Shown here: piece after piece, positions 29,264 through 38,771 of the stretch | How the letters are laid out: the number at the start of each line of letters is the position of its first letter | Position numbering within the stretch: position 1 is the stretch's first letter | NCBI GenBank assembly: GCA_964194995.1 | Contig: CAXMPS010000227.1 | Span: 1 to 47,735, forward strand | DNA length: 47,735 bases | DNA from: an uncultured Gammaproteobacteria bacterium | Lineage (GTDB): Bacteria > Actinomycetota > Acidimicrobiia > Spongiisociales > ZC4RG35 | Direction of reading: 5' to 3' | The notes under the pieces: generated by a model | Database searches by the model: none | Seen by the model: only the letters and a program-made list of their open reading frames with translations | What the model was told of the DNA's origin: nothing | Translations under genes and position numbers: made by a program

Positions 29264-30403
29264 ATGAGTGTCTCCTTCTTCACTTCTGAATCGGTTACCG
29301 AAGGGCACCCCGACAAGGTCGCTGACGCCATCTCTGATTCCGTACTTGACGAAGCGCTTCGGCTTGATTCCGCAGCGCGGGTCGCCTGCGAAGTCTTTGT
29401 GACTACCAATCTTGTCGTCGTTGGCGGTGAGATTTCTGTGGCTGACGAGCTGGATCTGGAGACGATTGTTCGGCGGACAGTGAAGGCCATTGGCTATGAC
29501 GGGTTTGATCCCGACTTCGCCTACGACGGCATTGAAGTGCTGAACCGGGTGCAGCCGCAGAGCGCAGACATAGCTGCGGGAGTCGACGACAACCTCGGAG
29601 CCGGGGACCAGGGAATGATGTTCGGTTTCGCCGTGAACGAGACCGAAGAGCTGATGCCGGTGCCGATCGAGCTGGCGCATCGCCTGGCCGAACAGCTCTC
29701 TGATGTGCGACGAACCGGCAAGCTCGATTATCTCAGGCCCGACGGCAAAACCCAGGTCATGGTTCGATACGAGGGCTCGAGGCCAGTGGAAGTCGAGAAA
29801 ATCTTGATCTCGGCTCACCATGCTCCCGACCAGGACCAGGGGGAGATGGCGGAGGATGTCTTCAACACCGTTGTAGCCGCGGTGATACCTGAGCGAATGT
29901 TGACCGCCGATGTCCAGTTCATACTCAACCCGACCGGTCGGTTCGAAATCGGTGGGCCGATTGCCGACACCGGCTTAACCGGAAGGAAGCTGATCGTGGA
30001 TACCTACGGTGGGTATGCCCGTCATGGAGGAGGGGCCTTCTCCGGGAAGGACTCGACCAAAGTGGATCGCTCCGGCGCCTACGCAGCCAGATGGGCCGCC
30101 AAGAACCTCGTCGCCGCCGAAGTTGCGACCAAGCTCGAGATCCAGGTCGCCTACGCGATCGGACAGGCGGAGCCCTTTTCGATTCATCTCGACACCTTCG
30201 GGACGGAGAACATCGCTCCGGAGAGAATCAAGCGAGTGCTCGATGATGTCTTCGACTTCCGCCCGGCCGCCATCATCGCCCAACTCGAATTGACCCGGCC
30301 GATCTTTGCCACCACAGCAGCAGACGGACATTGCGGCCGGCCTGGATTCTCCTGGGAACAGCTGGACCGCGTTGAAGCAATCAGGGGAGCCGCGGGCCTC
30401 TGA
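29264..30403 (+). CDS. metK: S-adenosylmethionine synthase
   Basis: 379 aa. Motifs FTSESVTEGHPDKVAD, GAGDQGMMFGFA and GGGAFSGKD are present. Confidence 0.96.
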   Translation: MSVSFFTSESVTEGHPDKVADAISDSVLDEALRLDSAARVACEVFVTTNLVVVGGEISVADELDLETIVRRTVKAIGYDGFDPDFAYDGIEVLNRVQPQSADIAAGVDDNLGAGDQGMMFGFAVNETEELMPVPIELAHRLAEQLSDVRRTGKLDYLRPDGKTQVMVRYEGSRPVEVEKILISAHHAPDQDQGEMAEDVFNTVVAAVIPERMLTADVQFILNPTGRFEIGGPIADTGLTGRKLIVDTYGGYARHGGGAFSGKDSTKVDRSGAYAARWAAKNLVAAEVATKLEIQVAYAIGQAEPFSIHLDTFGTENIAPERIKRVLDDVFDFRPAAIIAQLELTRPIFATTAADGHCGRPGFSWEQLDRVEAIRGAAGL

Positions 30404-30417
30404 GCCAGGCAGCCCGG

Positions 30418-32175
30418 GTGGTACCCCGGCTCGCCACCTTTGCAGTGGACAAGGGGTTTTGGTATTCGATTCCTGACCATCTTGCCGACCAAATCGAGTT
30501 AGGCACGATCGTGAGAGTGCCCCTGTCGGGAAGGCGGACGAGGGGCTACGTTGTGGAGGTTGTCCACGAAAGGCCGGGCCCGCTCAAAGCTATTGCCGGG
30601 ACATCCGGCGATTATCCGGTGTTCGATGCCAAGCTGCTCCAAGCCCTGGTATGGGCAGCCAATCACTATGTAGCGCCGCTGTCGGTGATGTTGGACCGGA
30701 CAGCCCCTCCCAACCTTCCCCGAGCGGCCACGGAGCCGAAGCTGGAGAAGGTTGCTGAAGCGAGCGGCGATCATCCGTTGATGGCTGTCGCCAGCCAGGC
30801 AGCGGCCGGGAAACGACGCCCGGTCTCAGCGATTGTCGCGCGGTCGAAGCCCGAGGACTGGCTGCCTCTGATGGCTCCGGTTTTGGCCAATTCGAGATCG
30901 GCGATGGTGGTCGTCTCGACAGCCGCCGAGGCAAACGCCCTCTACGAGGTCGCCGGGCGGCTGTTCGGTGTCCGGGCCGTACAGGCATCAGGTGATGTCG
31001 ATCGAGACTTGACCCGGGCCTGGGTCGCCGCACAGGGCCCCGGACGAGTCATTATTGGAACGCCGCGAATCGCATCCTGGCGGTTCCCCCAACTCTCGCT
31101 GTCCGTGGTTCTCGAGGAGGGGCGCCGGGCGATGAAGGACCGGCAGACCCCCACAATTCATGTCCGAGAGATGCTCCTGCAGCGGGCCCGACTCGAAGGC
31201 TTTTCGCTGGCGTTCATGGGGCCGACGCCATCGTTGGAGGTCCTGGCTGCCGGGGCAGAGCTGGCGAGTGTGGGCCGAAGGGCGTGGTCGCTGGTTGAGG
31301 TGGTCGACCGGAGAGAAGAGCCCCCAGGCGCGGGGTACCTATCGGAGAGGGCTCTGGCCGCGCTGCGGGGGACAAAGCGGAGTGGTGGCCGCTCGTTGGT
31401 CTTTACTCATCGCCGACTTGGTGACGAGTCGATGCGTTGCACCAGCTGCCGTGCCGTGAGGATCTGTGCCGTCTGCGGAAGCCGGCTGAGTCGGGCGAGT
31501 TCGTGTCGGCGCTGCGGCGAAGAGGCAGGCGATTGCCGGAGATGCGGGTCCGATTCCTTTGAGTCGATGGGAACGGTTCCCGAGCGGCTTGCCTCCGCCA
31601 TTAACCGGTCGTTTGGAGAAAGGGTCGCCGGGCCTGGAACCACATCGCTTCCCATATCGGTCGGGTCCGAGAGCGACCTGGCCGGTCAAGGGCGCTTTGA
31701 CCTGGCTGTGGTCGCTGACGCCGACGGTCTGATCCTTGCCCAACATTTCAGGGCGGGAGAAGAAGCCCTTCGGATTCTTGGGCGTATCGGCAACGCGGTC
31801 GCGACGGGGAGCGGGAAACGCCTGATGATCCAGACATCCATGCCCGACTCCGATGTGATTTCGACCATGAGGTCCGGTGATCCGATTCCTTACCTCGAGC
31901 GGCTTCTGGTGGAGAGGGCGAGAGATCGACTGCCTCCTGCGAAAGCGATGATGGCGGTCGAGCTTCGAGGGGTTGTCGAGACCAACGAAGCAACCTCGGC
32001 ACTTCATCTCGATGGGGTGACGAGCGTTCTCGGCCCGGCTGAAGTTGAACAGGGTCAGCGCTGGCTTCTCCAGGGTGATCTCCGACGGGCCAAAGTTGAG
32101 CTTCGGTCGCTGGTACAGACCTGGCGTGATCGGGGTGTGACGGTTCGGCTCGATGCCGATCCCATAGACCTCTGA
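30418..32175 (+). CDS. priA: primosomal protein N' (PriA) homolog with degenerate ATPase motifs
   Basis: 585 aa. It has an N-terminal PriA 3'-DNA-binding-like region (VRVPLSGRRTRGYVVEV), a Cys-rich Zn region (CTSCRAVRICAVCG...CRRCG...CRRCGS) and a C-terminal domain. There is no GxxxxGK[ST]: QAAAGKRRP/ARSKPEDW sits at the expected site. VLEEG replaces the VDEEH Walker B. Confidence 0.8.
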   Translation: MVPRLATFAVDKGFWYSIPDHLADQIELGTIVRVPLSGRRTRGYVVEVVHERPGPLKAIAGTSGDYPVFDAKLLQALVWAANHYVAPLSVMLDRTAPPNLPRAATEPKLEKVAEASGDHPLMAVASQAAAGKRRPVSAIVARSKPEDWLPLMAPVLANSRSAMVVVSTAAEANALYEVAGRLFGVRAVQASGDVDRDLTRAWVAAQGPGRVIIGTPRIASWRFPQLSLSVVLEEGRRAMKDRQTPTIHVREMLLQRARLEGFSLAFMGPTPSLEVLAAGAELASVGRRAWSLVEVVDRREEPPGAGYLSERALAALRGTKRSGGRSLVFTHRRLGDESMRCTSCRAVRICAVCGSRLSRASSCRRCGEEAGDCRRCGSDSFESMGTVPERLASAINRSFGERVAGPGTTSLPISVGSESDLAGQGRFDLAVVADADGLILAQHFRAGEEALRILGRIGNAVATGSGKRLMIQTSMPDSDVISTMRSGDPIPYLERLLVERARDRLPPAKAMMAVELRGVVETNEATSALHLDGVTSVLGPAEVEQGQRWLLQGDLRRAKVELRSLVQTWRDRGVTVRLDADPIDL

Positions 32176-32207
32176 GGTCGGATACCGTCTACTCTCTCGC
32201 TCCCCAA

Positions 32208-32717
32208 ATGGCCATCTATCCCATCCGAACGTTCGGCGATCCGGTTCTCCGACTTCCGACGAAACCTGTCGTCGAGATCGACGATGCAGTGCGGGCTCTG
32301 GTCACCGACCTGATCGACACCATGTACGACGCCCCCGGAGTCGGGATGGCCGCCAATCAGATCGGGGTGTTACGTCGGGTCGCTGTGTTTGACACGCAAG
32401 ACGAACTGGGTCCCCGGGTGTTAATCAACCCCGAGTTGATCGAAACGAGCGGTGAATGGTTGTACGAGGAAGGCTGTCTCTCGGTCCCCGGTCACTATTG
32501 GGAAATCAAACGCCCGGGATTCGCCCGAACTCGTGCTCTCGATCTCGAGGGAAAGGAAGTCGAGTACGCCGGTGACGGGATCCTCGGCAGGGTTCTCCAG
32601 CACGAGATAGAGCATCTTGGGGGAGGACTGCTCATGGATCAACTCGACAAGCCGGACCGCAAGCGCGCCCTGAAAGACCTGAGGGAAGAGGCACTAGGAC
32701 TGGCGAGTTTCGAGTGA
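32208..32717 (+). CDS. def: peptide deformylase
   Basis: 169 aa. The three PDF motifs are GMAANQIG, EGCLSVPG and QHEIEHLGG. Confidence 0.94.
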   Translation: MAIYPIRTFGDPVLRLPTKPVVEIDDAVRALVTDLIDTMYDAPGVGMAANQIGVLRRVAVFDTQDELGPRVLINPELIETSGEWLYEEGCLSVPGHYWEIKRPGFARTRALDLEGKEVEYAGDGILGRVLQHEIEHLGGGLLMDQLDKPDRKRALKDLREEALGLASFE

Positions 32718-33661
32718 CCAGCGTCGTCTTCTTCGGGACGCCCACCGCCGCAGTACCCACCCTGAGATGTTTGAATTCGGTTCACGAGATACGGACGGTT
32801 GTGACTCAACCCGACCGGGCCCGGGGACGTTCTGGCGCCCGTCAGCCACCACCTATCAAGGAGGCCGCGATGGAGATGGGGCTGACGATCCACCAGCCGG
32901 CCAACAAGGCAGAGCTGGCAACCGTGCTTGGCGATCTCGAGTCTTTCGAACTGGGGATTGTGGTGGCCTATGGCCGGATCCTCTCCAGAGAGGTCCTGGA
33001 GACGCCTTCCAAAGGAATGCTCAATGTCCACTTCTCACTGTTGCCGAGGTGGCGGGGCGCCGCGCCGGTGGCCCGCGCTGTGATGGCCGGCGACACCATG
33101 TCTGGAGTCACCATCATCAAACTCGATGAGGGCCTCGACACCGGACCGGTGCTGACAGCACAAGCGTTGGACATTGGCGCCGAGGAGACGGCCGGCGAGC
33201 TGACTGAGCGTCTTGCCGCCGTGGGGGCAAGATTGCTTACCGCCGCCATACCCGGATACATGAGCGGCGCGGTCGCGCCCGTGCGGCAGACCGGGGAGGG
33301 TGCCATCTACGCCAACAAGATAGAAGCGAGCGATCGCCGGCTAACCGCCGAAATGCCGGCAGGTGAATTCGTCGATCGGATCCGTGGGCTGTCGCCAACA
33401 CCTGGAGCGGCTCTCGTCATCGACGGCATCAAGACCAAGGTCCTTCGGGCCGCCATCATCCCCCACAATCCGGGCAAGGGTCGTTGGGCCGGCTTTGACG
33501 GTCGCCTCGTTCTGGGCCTTTCCGATGGGGGAGTGGAGGTGGTGGAGATTCACCCTCCGGGGAAGCGCCCGATGTCCGGACCTGATTGGATGCGGGGACG
33601 GCGGACCACGTCTGGAGTCATCGATGGGGAGGTGCCGGGGTCCAACGATCTTCCTTCTTAA
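32714..33661 (+). CDS. fmt: methionyl-tRNA formyltransferase
   Basis: 315 aa with a GTGA overlap onto def. VVFFGTP and NVHFSLLPRWRGAAPV are present. Confidence 0.93.
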   Translation: MTSVVFFGTPTAAVPTLRCLNSVHEIRTVVTQPDRARGRSGARQPPPIKEAAMEMGLTIHQPANKAELATVLGDLESFELGIVVAYGRILSREVLETPSKGMLNVHFSLLPRWRGAAPVARAVMAGDTMSGVTIIKLDEGLDTGPVLTAQALDIGAEETAGELTERLAAVGARLLTAAIPGYMSGAVAPVRQTGEGAIYANKIEASDRRLTAEMPAGEFVDRIRGLSPTPGAALVIDGIKTKVLRAAIIPHNPGKGRWAGFDGRLVLGLSDGGVEVVEIHPPGKRPMSGPDWMRGRRTTSGVIDGEVPGSNDLPS

Positions 33662-33673
33662 ACTTCCTGCCAC

Positions 33674-34336
33674 GTGACCTCGACAAAAATCACCCCGTCG
33701 CTGCTCGCAGCGGACTTCGCCCGGCTCGAGGCGGAGATTGGCCGTATCGAGCGAACCGCAGACTGGCTGCATCTCGACGTGATGGACGGCCATTTCGTGC
33801 CCAACATCTCGTTTGGGATGCCGGTGATAGCGAGCCTCCGAAAGGTCACCGAGCTGTACTTCGACTGTCACTTGATGACCACCAACCCCGACGCATACCT
33901 CGCCGAACTGGCTGAGGCCGGGGCAGATCTGGTGACCATGCATATTGAAGCGATTCCTGATCCAACCCAGGCTGCGCAACGTGCCCGCGATCACGATCTC
34001 GATTTCGGCCTCGTCTGCAATCCGGCTACACCTTTTGGCGGAATCGCGCCGTTTGCTGAGCTGTGCAACGTCATCCTGATCATGGCTGTCGAGCCTGGTT
34101 TCGGTGGCCAAAACTTCATGCCCGAAGTGCTGGCGAAGGTTGAGGCCGCCAGGGAATGGGTTGAGAACAGGGGCTTGACAACCGATATTCAGATCGACGG
34201 AGGTATTACCCCCGAAACGGCCAAGCAGGCCGCCGAAGCCGGTGCCAACGTGTTCGTCGCAGGAACCGCCGTGTTTGCTGCCGATGATCCGGCAGGCGCC
34301 ATGGAAGAGATTAGAAGGGCTGTCAGCAAGAAATGA
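33674..34336 (+). CDS. rpe: ribulose-phosphate 3-epimerase
   Basis: 220 aa with a GTG start. PSLLAADF, HLDVMDGHFVPN, MAVEPGFGGQ and IQIDGGI are present. Confidence 0.94.
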   Translation: MTSTKITPSLLAADFARLEAEIGRIERTADWLHLDVMDGHFVPNISFGMPVIASLRKVTELYFDCHLMTTNPDAYLAELAEAGADLVTMHIEAIPDPTQAAQRARDHDLDFGLVCNPATPFGGIAPFAELCNVILIMAVEPGFGGQNFMPEVLAKVEAAREWVENRGLTTDIQIDGGITPETAKQAAEAGANVFVAGTAVFAADDPAGAMEEIRRAVSKK

Positions 34337-35262
34337 GCGAACTGGTCCTGGTAGCGGACGATGATCCGGACATCCTTTCGGTTGTCCAGGTCAACTTCGA
34401 GCTCGAGGGGTTTGATGTCGAGACCGCCGTAGACGGTGAGGACGCGCTTCAGAAGGCGACTGCAAATCCGCCGAATGCGATCGTCCTCGACATCATGATG
34501 CCCCGCATGGACGGTCTCACCGCCCTGCACCGGCTGAGAAGCCAGGCTTCGACAGGCAGCATCCCGATAGTCCTCCTTACCGCGCGTGGTCTTCCCGAAG
34601 ACCGGGTGCGTGGTCTCGAGCTGGGCGCCGATGACTACATAACCAAGCCCTTCGACATCACCGAGTTGGTGGCACGGGTCAAGGCGGTTCTACGTCGGAC
34701 CCAGGCTGCACGTGATCTTTCACCCTTGACCGGTCTCCCGGGCAATTTCAAAATCACCGGTGAAATCGAGAAGCGGATTGCCGACGGGAGTGAGTTCGCC
34801 CTGGTTCATGGAGATCTAGACAACTTCAAGGCGTTCAACGATCACTACGGTTTCATGAGGGGCGACGAGGTCATCAGATTCTGTGCCAAGTGCTTCGGCG
34901 AAGCCGCGGAGACTCTTGGTATCACCGATGCTTTCGTCGGTCACATTGGTGGAGATGATTTCGTGACGTTGATCCCACCCGGCATCTCGGAGGCCTTCTG
35001 CAAGGAGGTTATCGAGCGCTTCGACGATGGGATTCTCGATCTCTACGACACCGCCGACGCCCTACGGGGTTATATCGAAGTCATCGACAGACGCGGTGAG
35101 CGATTCGCCTTCCCGGTGGTGTCTCTCTCGATGGGAGTAGCGTCTACCGACATGCGTGAGATAACCACGCAATGGGAGGCGTCGGCGATAGCGGTAGAGA
35201 TGAAGGAATTCGCTAAGAAGCAAACAGGCTCGGCGTACCGCATCGATCGTCGTACGGGATAG
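34333..35262 (+). CDS. response regulator: receiver domain fused to a divergent GGDEF domain (GGDDF)
   Basis: 309 aa with an ATGA overlap onto rpe. The REC domain has LVADDDPDIL...IVLDIMMPRMDG...PIVLLTA...KPF. The GGDEF-like domain has LTGLPGN, HGDLDNFKAFNDHYGFMRGDEV and HIGGDDF (nt 34948-34962). Its stop TAG abuts the ribD GTG. Confidence 0.85.
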   Translation: MSELVLVADDDPDILSVVQVNFELEGFDVETAVDGEDALQKATANPPNAIVLDIMMPRMDGLTALHRLRSQASTGSIPIVLLTARGLPEDRVRGLELGADDYITKPFDITELVARVKAVLRRTQAARDLSPLTGLPGNFKITGEIEKRIADGSEFALVHGDLDNFKAFNDHYGFMRGDEVIRFCAKCFGEAAETLGITDAFVGHIGGDDFVTLIPPGISEAFCKEVIERFDDGILDLYDTADALRGYIEVIDRRGERFAFPVVSLSMGVASTDMREITTQWEASAIAVEMKEFAKKQTGSAYRIDRRTG

Positions 35263-36303
35263 GTGGGCGATACCCGCTATTTGAGGCGCGCCATCGAGCT
35301 GGCGCTCCCGCATCGGACCCATCCCAATCCTCGGGTTGGCGCAGTTGTAGTAGACGCCGCTGATGAGGTGATAGGAGAAGGAGCTCACCTCGGCCCGGGG
35401 CAGGACCACGCGGAGGTCGTCGCTCTTGAACAGGCCGGGCCCAAGGCTCGGGGCGCCACCCTCTACGTAACGCTGGAACCATGCTCCCACCACGGGAGAA
35501 CGCCGCCTTGTGTCGACGCGGTGGTAACTGCCGGAGTTGCCCGCGTTGTCGTCGGGGTGGTGGACCCGGATCCCAAGGTCTCCGGCTCAGGCATCGACCT
35601 GCTCCGGAATGCGGGCATCGAAGTGGCGACTGGCGTCATGGAACTCGAGGCCGAGGCCGTCGACCCCGGTTACTTTCGACAGCGTCGGTCCGGGTTGCCC
35701 CGGATCATCCTCAAGTACGCGATGACCCTCGATGGATCTGTTGCCGCTGAGGATGGCTCTTCGCAGTGGATCACCGGCGAGGAAGCAAGAGAGGATTCAC
35801 ACCGTCTGCGATCCGAGGTAGATGCCGTGGCAGTCGGCGCAGGGACGCTTCGTTCGGACAACCCATCCCTGACCGTCCGACGTGGTCGAACCGATCATCA
35901 GCCAAGACCAATCGTAATTGCCGGCAGCGGTGACCTTCCACCAGAGGCACGAATATGGGAACGTGGGCCATTGGTCGTCGCCGCCGGGAAGAAGGCTGTA
36001 CCAAGTGGTGAGTTGGCCATCGTGGAGGGCCAAGACGGAATGCCCCTGCCTGAGGCAGTGGCGAAGGAACTCGCCGAACGGGGCTACTACGACGTCCTCC
36101 TCGAAGGCGGCCCAACCATTGCCGGCGCTTGGTGGCAAGCAGGAATCGTCACCGAGGGCGTGATCTATATAGCGGGGAAGATTGGCGGCGGAACGGGCGT
36201 TGGCCCACTGGGCGGGATGTTCGCCTCTCTGTCAGATGCGGTCGACGTGCCAATCAAAGGCGTGCGAGTCGTTGGAGACGACATAAGGATTGATTTCGGA
36301 TAG
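35263..36303 (+). CDS. ribD: bifunctional diaminohydroxyphosphoribosylaminopyrimidine deaminase / 5-amino-6-(5-phosphoribosylamino)uracil reductase
   Basis: 346 aa with a GTG start. The deaminase Zn motifs are HAEVVAL and PCSHHGRTPPC. The reductase domain has ILKYAMTLDG. Confidence 0.93.
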   Translation: MGDTRYLRRAIELALPHRTHPNPRVGAVVVDAADEVIGEGAHLGPGQDHAEVVALEQAGPKARGATLYVTLEPCSHHGRTPPCVDAVVTAGVARVVVGVVDPDPKVSGSGIDLLRNAGIEVATGVMELEAEAVDPGYFRQRRSGLPRIILKYAMTLDGSVAAEDGSSQWITGEEAREDSHRLRSEVDAVAVGAGTLRSDNPSLTVRRGRTDHQPRPIVIAGSGDLPPEARIWERGPLVVAAGKKAVPSGELAIVEGQDGMPLPEAVAKELAERGYYDVLLEGGPTIAGAWWQAGIVTEGVIYIAGKIGGGTGVGPLGGMFASLSDAVDVPIKGVRVVGDDIRIDFG

Positions 36304-36891
36304 ATGTTCACAGGAATCGTTGAGTACAAGGGTTCGGTCAGCGAGGTCGACCATCATTCCACTGGCAGTCGATTGAGTGTCGAGATCGGCCCGCTGGATG
36401 GCGTGTCGGTTGGAGACTCGATCTCTATCGACGGTGTCTGCCTGACTGCCGTCGAGGTCGGCGGCGGCGTTGTGGGCTTGGACGTAGTGGCAGAGACACT
36501 GGCCAGGACCAACCTCGGAGGATTGGACCGAGGCGCAAAGGTCAACGTGGAGCGGGCGATGGCCGCGAGCGGCCGGTTCGATGGTCATGTCGTGCAGGGA
36601 CACGTCGACGGCGTGGGGAAGGTGTTGTCGATCACCGGGGAGGGCGAGGGGAAACGGATGTCCATCGAGGTGCCGGAGCGTCTCATTCGCTATATCGTGG
36701 AGAAGGGTTCGGTGACAGTTGACGGTGTGAGCCTCACAGTCGCGGACCTCTCCGAGTTCGTCATAGAACTTGCCCTAATTCCATACACGCTGAAGTCCAC
36801 GACGCTCGGGTTGCGCAAAGTCGGCGACGCGATCAACCTTGAGGTCGACATCCTCGCCAAGTACGTGGAAAGGCTGCTCAGCACCAAATGA
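36304..36891 (+). CDS. ribE: riboflavin synthase
   Basis: 195 aa. It starts MFTGIVE and has an internally duplicated barrel ([10 protein letters not shown] / [11 protein letters not shown]). Confidence 0.93.
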   Translation: MFTGIVEYKGSVSEVDHHSTGSRLSVEIGPLDGVSVGDSISIDGVCLTAVEVGGGVVGLDVVAETLARTNLGGLDRGAKVNVERAMAASGRFDGHVVQGHVDGVGKVLSITGEGEGKRMSIEVPERLIRYIVEKGSVTVDGVSLTVADLSEFVIELALIPYTLKSTTLGLRKVGDAINLEVDILAKYVERLLSTK

Positions 36892-38102
36892 GTTTTGCTC
36901 CAATTCCCGAGATCATCGAAGCCGTTGAACGCGGCGAGATGGTGATCATGGTCGATGACGAAGACCGGGAGAATGAGGGTGATCTGATCGTCGCCGCCGA
37001 AAAGGCCACTCCCTCGCAGGTCGGTTTCATCCTCCGCCATACCAGCGGAATCATCTGCATGCCTGTGATCGGAGAGCGTCTCGACGAACTCGATTTGCCC
37101 ATGATGGTTGCCCGGAACACCGACGTTCGTCGTACTGCATTCACGGTCTCGATCGACGCCCGCGACGGGACGACGACCGGTATCTCGGCGGACGACCGCT
37201 GGAAGACCATCCAGGCCGTGGTCGACCCGGATACCAAGCCTGATGATCTGGCGCGGCCCGGCCACCTGTATCCCCTCCGCTACGAGCCGGGTGGCGTCCT
37301 GCGGCGGGCCGGACACACCGAAGCGGCAGTTGATTTGGCGGAGTTGGCCGGTCTCTACCCCGCCGGTGTCCTAGCGGAAGTAATGAACGACGACGGAACG
37401 GTGGCCCGTCTGCCCGAGTTGGAGCGGTTCGCCGAAGCGCATGAATTGTTGATCGGCACAATCGCCGATTTGATCGCCCATCGGCGACGTACCGAGAAGC
37501 TGATCGAGCGGGTTGTCGAGGCACGGATCCCCACTGACTACGGCACGTTCACCGCGGTCGGGTTCCGATCGCTCGTGGACGATCGCCAGCATATCGCCCT
37601 CGTCATGGGAGACATCGGCGATGGCGAAGATGTCTTGACACGGGTTCATTCGGAGTGTTTGACCGGCGACGTCTTTGGCAGTCTCCGCTGTGACTGCGGT
37701 GATCAGCTGGATGCGGCTCTCGCTCACGTCGGTACAGAAGGCAGAGGTGTCGTGCTGTACATCCGGGGTCATGAAGGGCGAGGGATCGGGTTGTTGCACA
37801 AGCTCGCTGCGTACCGGCTCCAGGATGAGGGCTTTGACACCGTTGACGCCAACGTGAATCTCGGACTCCCGGTCGACTCCCGCGATTACGGAATCGGCGC
37901 TCAGATCCTATTTGATCTCGGTGTTCGCTCGATGCGGCTGATGACGAACAACCCGACCAAGCGGGTCGGCATCGAGGGGTACGGGCTGTCGATCGTCGGC
38001 ACCGTCCCACTTTCCGTGGAGCCCAACGAAGAGAACGAGTCTTATCTCCGGACCAAAGCAGCCAGGCTCGGTCACGACATCGATCTTGGTACCGGGGCGT
38101 GA
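36888..38102 (+). CDS. ribBA: bifunctional 3,4-dihydroxy-2-butanone-4-phosphate synthase / GTP cyclohydrolase II
   Basis: 404 aa with an ATGA overlap onto ribE. The DHBPS part has [12 protein letters not shown]. The GCHII part has [20 protein letters not shown]. Confidence 0.94.
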   Translation: MSFAPIPEIIEAVERGEMVIMVDDEDRENEGDLIVAAEKATPSQVGFILRHTSGIICMPVIGERLDELDLPMMVARNTDVRRTAFTVSIDARDGTTTGISADDRWKTIQAVVDPDTKPDDLARPGHLYPLRYEPGGVLRRAGHTEAAVDLAELAGLYPAGVLAEVMNDDGTVARLPELERFAEAHELLIGTIADLIAHRRRTEKLIERVVEARIPTDYGTFTAVGFRSLVDDRQHIALVMGDIGDGEDVLTRVHSECLTGDVFGSLRCDCGDQLDAALAHVGTEGRGVVLYIRGHEGRGIGLLHKLAAYRLQDEGFDTVDANVNLGLPVDSRDYGIGAQILFDLGVRSMRLMTNNPTKRVGIEGYGLSIVGTVPLSVEPNEENESYLRTKAARLGHDIDLGTGA

Positions 38103-38563
38103 TCCGAACAGTCGAAGGGGATCTGGACGGAACGGGGTTGAAAGTCGGGGTGGCCGTTGCTGCATGGAATCAGGCGATCACCGACCGGCTTCTCGACGGC
38201 GCAGTGTCCAGGCTCAAAGCGCTCGGTACCGAAGACGTGACAGTTCTCAGGGTTCCAGGCGCTCTCGAGCTTCCCGTGGGGGTGGCAGCCCTGGCGCGGG
38301 ACGGGTGCGAAGCTGTAGTAGCGATTGGCACGGTTATCAAAGGTGACACCGACCACTACGAAATCGTCGTCAGGGAGTCGACGGCCGGTGTCGCTCGGGT
38401 GGCTGAGTCGCACGGCGTCCCGGTGGCCAACGCAATCCTCGCCGTGCACGATGTCGAGGATGCAGTGGATCGATCCGGACCGGGAGAGACCAACAAAGGC
38501 GCCGAAGCAGTCGACGCTGCTGTGATGACGGCAAACGCGCTGAGGCAGCTAGGAGCCCGCTGA
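38099..38563 (+). CDS. ribH: 6,7-dimethyl-8-ribityllumazine synthase
   Basis: 154 aa with a GTGA overlap onto rib[11 protein letters not shown] and [11 protein letters not shown] are present. Confidence 0.92.
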   Translation: MIRTVEGDLDGTGLKVGVAVAAWNQAITDRLLDGAVSRLKALGTEDVTVLRVPGALELPVGVAALARDGCEAVVAIGTVIKGDTDHYEIVVRESTAGVARVAESHGVPVANAILAVHDVEDAVDRSGPGETNKGAEAVDAAVMTANALRQLGAR

Positions 38564-38718
38564 GCATGAGCGCGACTGTGGCTATCGCAGCCCTCGGTGT
38601 TAGCCTTTCCCCACAATCAATAGCAAGAGCGGAAGCTGCTGCTTCCCCACCCGCCCGCCGACCATCGAGATCGATGTTCGCGAGGCGAGGTCACAGAGAC
38701 CCTGAACTTCAGGTAATG

Positions 38719-38746
38719 GCAGCAAGTTTTCGCTTGCTGCTTTTTT
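38719..38746 (+). terminator. intrinsic-terminator-like hairpin plus T-tract in the ribH-infC spacer (candidate attenuator of infC-rpmI-rplT)
   Basis: gcagcaag (38719-38726) and cttgctgc (38733-38740) are exact reverse complements with a 6-nt loop, followed by tttttt (38741-38746). The T-tract ends 12 nt before the infC AGGAGG. Confidence 0.6.
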
Positions 38747-38771
38747 GTTGCAATCAACAGGAGGTATCAGC

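Noticed and set aside
35200-35300. I looked for an FMN riboswitch upstream of ribD, and for T-box leaders upstream of hisS, aspS, alaS, pheS and tyrS.
   Set aside because: The intergenic distances are 0-47 nt, far too short for such elements, and I recognised no conserved riboswitch or T-box core sequences.
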